64,000 nt of DNA from Chloroflexota bacterium (GTDB taxonomy: Bacteria > Chloroflexota > Limnocylindria > Limnocylindrales > CSP1-4). The notes under the pieces are model-generated. The model did not search any database. It had not been told where the DNA came from and worked only from the letters and a program-made list of their open reading frames with translations. Every line of letters starts with the position of its first letter. The first letter of the stretch is position 1. Shown one piece after another: positions 61,861 through 64,000 of this stretch. The stretch is from positions 12,810 through 76,809 of the forward strand of contig JAJYNJ010000054.1 in NCBI GenBank assembly GCA_021786385.1, given 5' to 3'. A program made the translations under genes and the position numbers.

Positions 61861-61968
61861 GCTCCCCACGATAGCGCGCAGCCAGGGAGAGGGGTCGCGC
61901 CTGGCTCGGGTCGCCCGGGCAGAGCGGAAAGCCCGGCCGACCTCCCGGCAGGACCCCTCGGGAACCGC

Positions 61969-62988
61969 CTACGCGCTGATCGCCGACACCATCAGGTCGC
62001 GCAGCCGCTCCCGCGCGGCACCCTCGATCACGCCCGTCGCGTCGAGCGCCGCCAACGCCTCGTCGCGCAGCCGGCGCGCCTCCGTCCGCGTGTAGTCGCG
62101 GGCGCCCGTCCGCTCCAGGATGGCGCGGACCTCGGCGACCTCCTCGGGCGTCGGGTCGGTCCGACCGTAGAGCGCCAGCAGCCGCTCGCGGTCCGTGGCC
62201 GAGGCGTGCTCCAGCGCATACAGCACGGGGAGCGTCTTCTTGTGTTTCGCCAGGTCGGAAGCTTCCTTGCCGGTCACCTGCTCCTGGCCCCAGATCCCTA
62301 GCAGATCGTCGTTCAACTGGAAGGCCAGTCCCAGCGCCCAGCCGAAGCGCCGGTATGCGTCGACCACCGCTTGGTCGTCGGTGGCGAGCAACGCGCCCGC
62401 CTCCACGGACGCGGCGATCAGGGCGGCCGTCTTGCGGCCGATCATGTCGAAGTAGCCCTCCACGGACATCTCGCCGCCGTGGTCGGAAGCCCAGATGTCG
62501 AGGAACTGGCCCTCGCAGAGCGCCAGGCACGTGTCGTCGTACAGCCGCATGAGGCGCAGCACCTTCCGGTCGCTGAACCCGAGGTCCGTGAGGCGATGCA
62601 GGGCGAGACGTGAGAGTACGAACAGTGTGTCGCCGGCGTTGATCGCCTGGCCGACCCCATACACGGTCCAGAGCGCGGCGCGGTGGCGTCGCTCCACGTC
62701 GCGGTCCTCGATATCGTCGTGGACCAGGCTGAAGTTGTGGCCCAGCTCGACCGCCGCGGCGCCCGGCAGCGCGCGCCGGTGGTCTCCCGTGATCGAGGCG
62801 TAGGCGAGCAGTCCGAGGAGGGGGCGGAGTCGCTTGCCGCTCACCCCGGACGGGCCGTCGAGCCCGAGGTGGTAGCGCACCATGTCGTAGAGCGCTCGGG
62901 TGGCGGGCGCGTCGACCGCGTCGACCACCTCGAGGATCTCGGCCTCGGTGTCGGCGATCATGGCCTGCAGGTCGGCCTGGGTCAGCAC
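61969..62988 (-). CDS. Polyprenyl diphosphate synthase, probably short-chain (GGPP/FPP)
   Basis: GKRLRP, FSLVHDDIED, GQ.LD, KTA, FQLNDD. Confidence 0.92.
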   Translation of the reverse strand: MLTQADLQAMIADTEAEILEVVDAVDAPATRALYDMVRYHLGLDGPSGVSGKRLRPLLGLLAYASITGDHRRALPGAAAVELGHNFSLVHDDIEDRDVERRHRAALWTVYGVGQAINAGDTLFVLSRLALHRLTDLGFSDRKVLRLMRLYDDTCLALCEGQFLDIWASDHGGEMSVEGYFDMIGRKTAALIAASVEAGALLATDDQAVVDAYRRFGWALGLAFQLNDDLLGIWGQEQVTGKEASDLAKHKKTLPVLYALEHASATDRERLLALYGRTDPTPEEVAEVRAILERTGARDYTRTEARRLRDEALAALDATGVIEGAARERLRDLMVSAISA

Positions 62989-63020
62989 GCGCCCGATGAT
63001 ACAGGCGTTACGCTTGCAAG

Positions 63021-63821
63021 GTGCCTGTGCCGCGCATCTACAAGACCAGTGCGATCGTGCTGTCGCGCTTCGACCTGGGTGAGGCCGACCGCGTCCTGAC
63101 GCTGCTGACGGCGCACGATGGCAAGCTGAAGGCGATCGCCAAGGGGGTGCGACGCCCGCAGAGTCGGCTCGGCGGAAGCTTGGAGCCGTTCGCGGAGCTG
63201 TACCTGGTGCTGGCCCACGGCCGGACCTTCGACGTCGTCACGCAGGCCACGGTCCGCCATGCCTGGCTCGCGCTGCGCGACCGGCTGGAGTCGACGGCGA
63301 CCGCGTGGTATCTCTCGGAGCTGGTGGAGCGGGCCGCCGAGGAGCGCGCGCCGGCCCCGCGGCTGTACGAGCTGCTGGCTCAGGCCTACGGCTACCTCGA
63401 CGCGGGGCTGGCACCTGGTCGGGTCGCCCGCTGGTTCGAGTTCGGCTTGACCGACGAGCTGGGCCAGCGGCCCGAGGTCGACCGGTGCGTGGAGTGCGAC
63501 CGGCGCCTGGAGGCCGACGAGGCGTTCCGTTGGGTGCCGGCACTCGGCGGGTTGCTGTGCGCCGAGCACCCCGGCCCGGTCGCCGAGCGCGCGAGCCTCT
63601 CCCGCGACGGACTGCGGCTCTTGAAGGCCTACCGCCACCTGGAGTTGGAGGCGGTCGCGCGACTACGCCTGCCGCCGGGCGTGGAGGCCGAGGCCGAACA
63701 GGCGATGCGGCTCTTCGTGCGGCACGTCCTGGAGCGCGAGGCGCGCTCGCTCGCGTTCCTCGACGAGGTGCGGGCACCAAGGCATGTGTCAGTGGACGCC
63801 CGCCGACCGCCCGCGGGCTGA
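63021..63821 (+). CDS. recO: DNA repair protein RecO
   Basis: GEADRVL, AKGVRRP.SRL, CVEC...C.EH Zn site. Confidence 0.93.
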   Translation: MPVPRIYKTSAIVLSRFDLGEADRVLTLLTAHDGKLKAIAKGVRRPQSRLGGSLEPFAELYLVLAHGRTFDVVTQATVRHAWLALRDRLESTATAWYLSELVERAAEERAPAPRLYELLAQAYGYLDAGLAPGRVARWFEFGLTDELGQRPEVDRCVECDRRLEADEAFRWVPALGGLLCAEHPGPVAERASLSRDGLRLLKAYRHLELEAVARLRLPPGVEAEAEQAMRLFVRHVLEREARSLAFLDEVRAPRHVSVDARRPPAG

Positions 63822-63937
63822 GCGGTATCCGCGCCGCCCCGCGCGGCCCCATGCGAGAATGTGCGTCGTTCCCGCGAGCGCCGAACGGGCCCCCGCACCG
63901 TCGCAACCGCCCCACCGCAGAGGAGCCACGCGCAGCC

Positions 63938-64000
63938 GTGACCGAGACAGCCGACCCGAACCGCCCGACCGACCCGGCCTTCGACCCCGGACCCGCCGTC
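63938..64000 (+). CDS. 5' end of the next gene (unidentified, truncated by window)
   Basis: GAGGAG SD then GTG ACC GAG ACA..., open to the edge. Confidence 0.45.
   Translation, partial: MTETADPNRPTDPAFDPGPAV

Overview
High-GC bacterial core-genome window, almost entirely on the + strand. Sequence features (S12 insertion, large beta-prime N-terminal insertion, Zn-type r-proteins, GlmL-like cluster) suggest Chloroflexota, possibly Limnocylindria-like; this is inference, not a database result. Order: 3' end of rlmB; tRNA-Thr/Tyr/Thr; tuf; rpmG; tRNA-Trp; secE-nusG-rplKA-(L10 leader)-rplJL-rpoBC; an inserted convergent GH130 + GT4-fusion pair; rpsL-rpsG-fusA-tuf (identical copy); the full S10-spc-alpha clusters; truA-rplM-rpsI; a TPR protein; cdaA-cdaR-glmM-glmS-acpS-nnrD-alr; an internally deleted macrodomain remnant; an uncharacterised three-gene module built on a degenerate GlmL/actin-fold protein; tsaEB-rimI-tsaD-rsmA-ispE-ridA-glmU-CNNM; an NAD(P)-binding protein, a GGPP-type prenyltransferase and recO. 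No mobile elements, CRISPR or rRNA were seen. The best candidates for undescribed biology are the GlmL-like module and the GH130/GT4 cassette with its long structured leader. Also notable are substitutions at antibiotic-target residues (RpoB H526S, S12 G91S, L11) and repeated leaderless promoter architecture.
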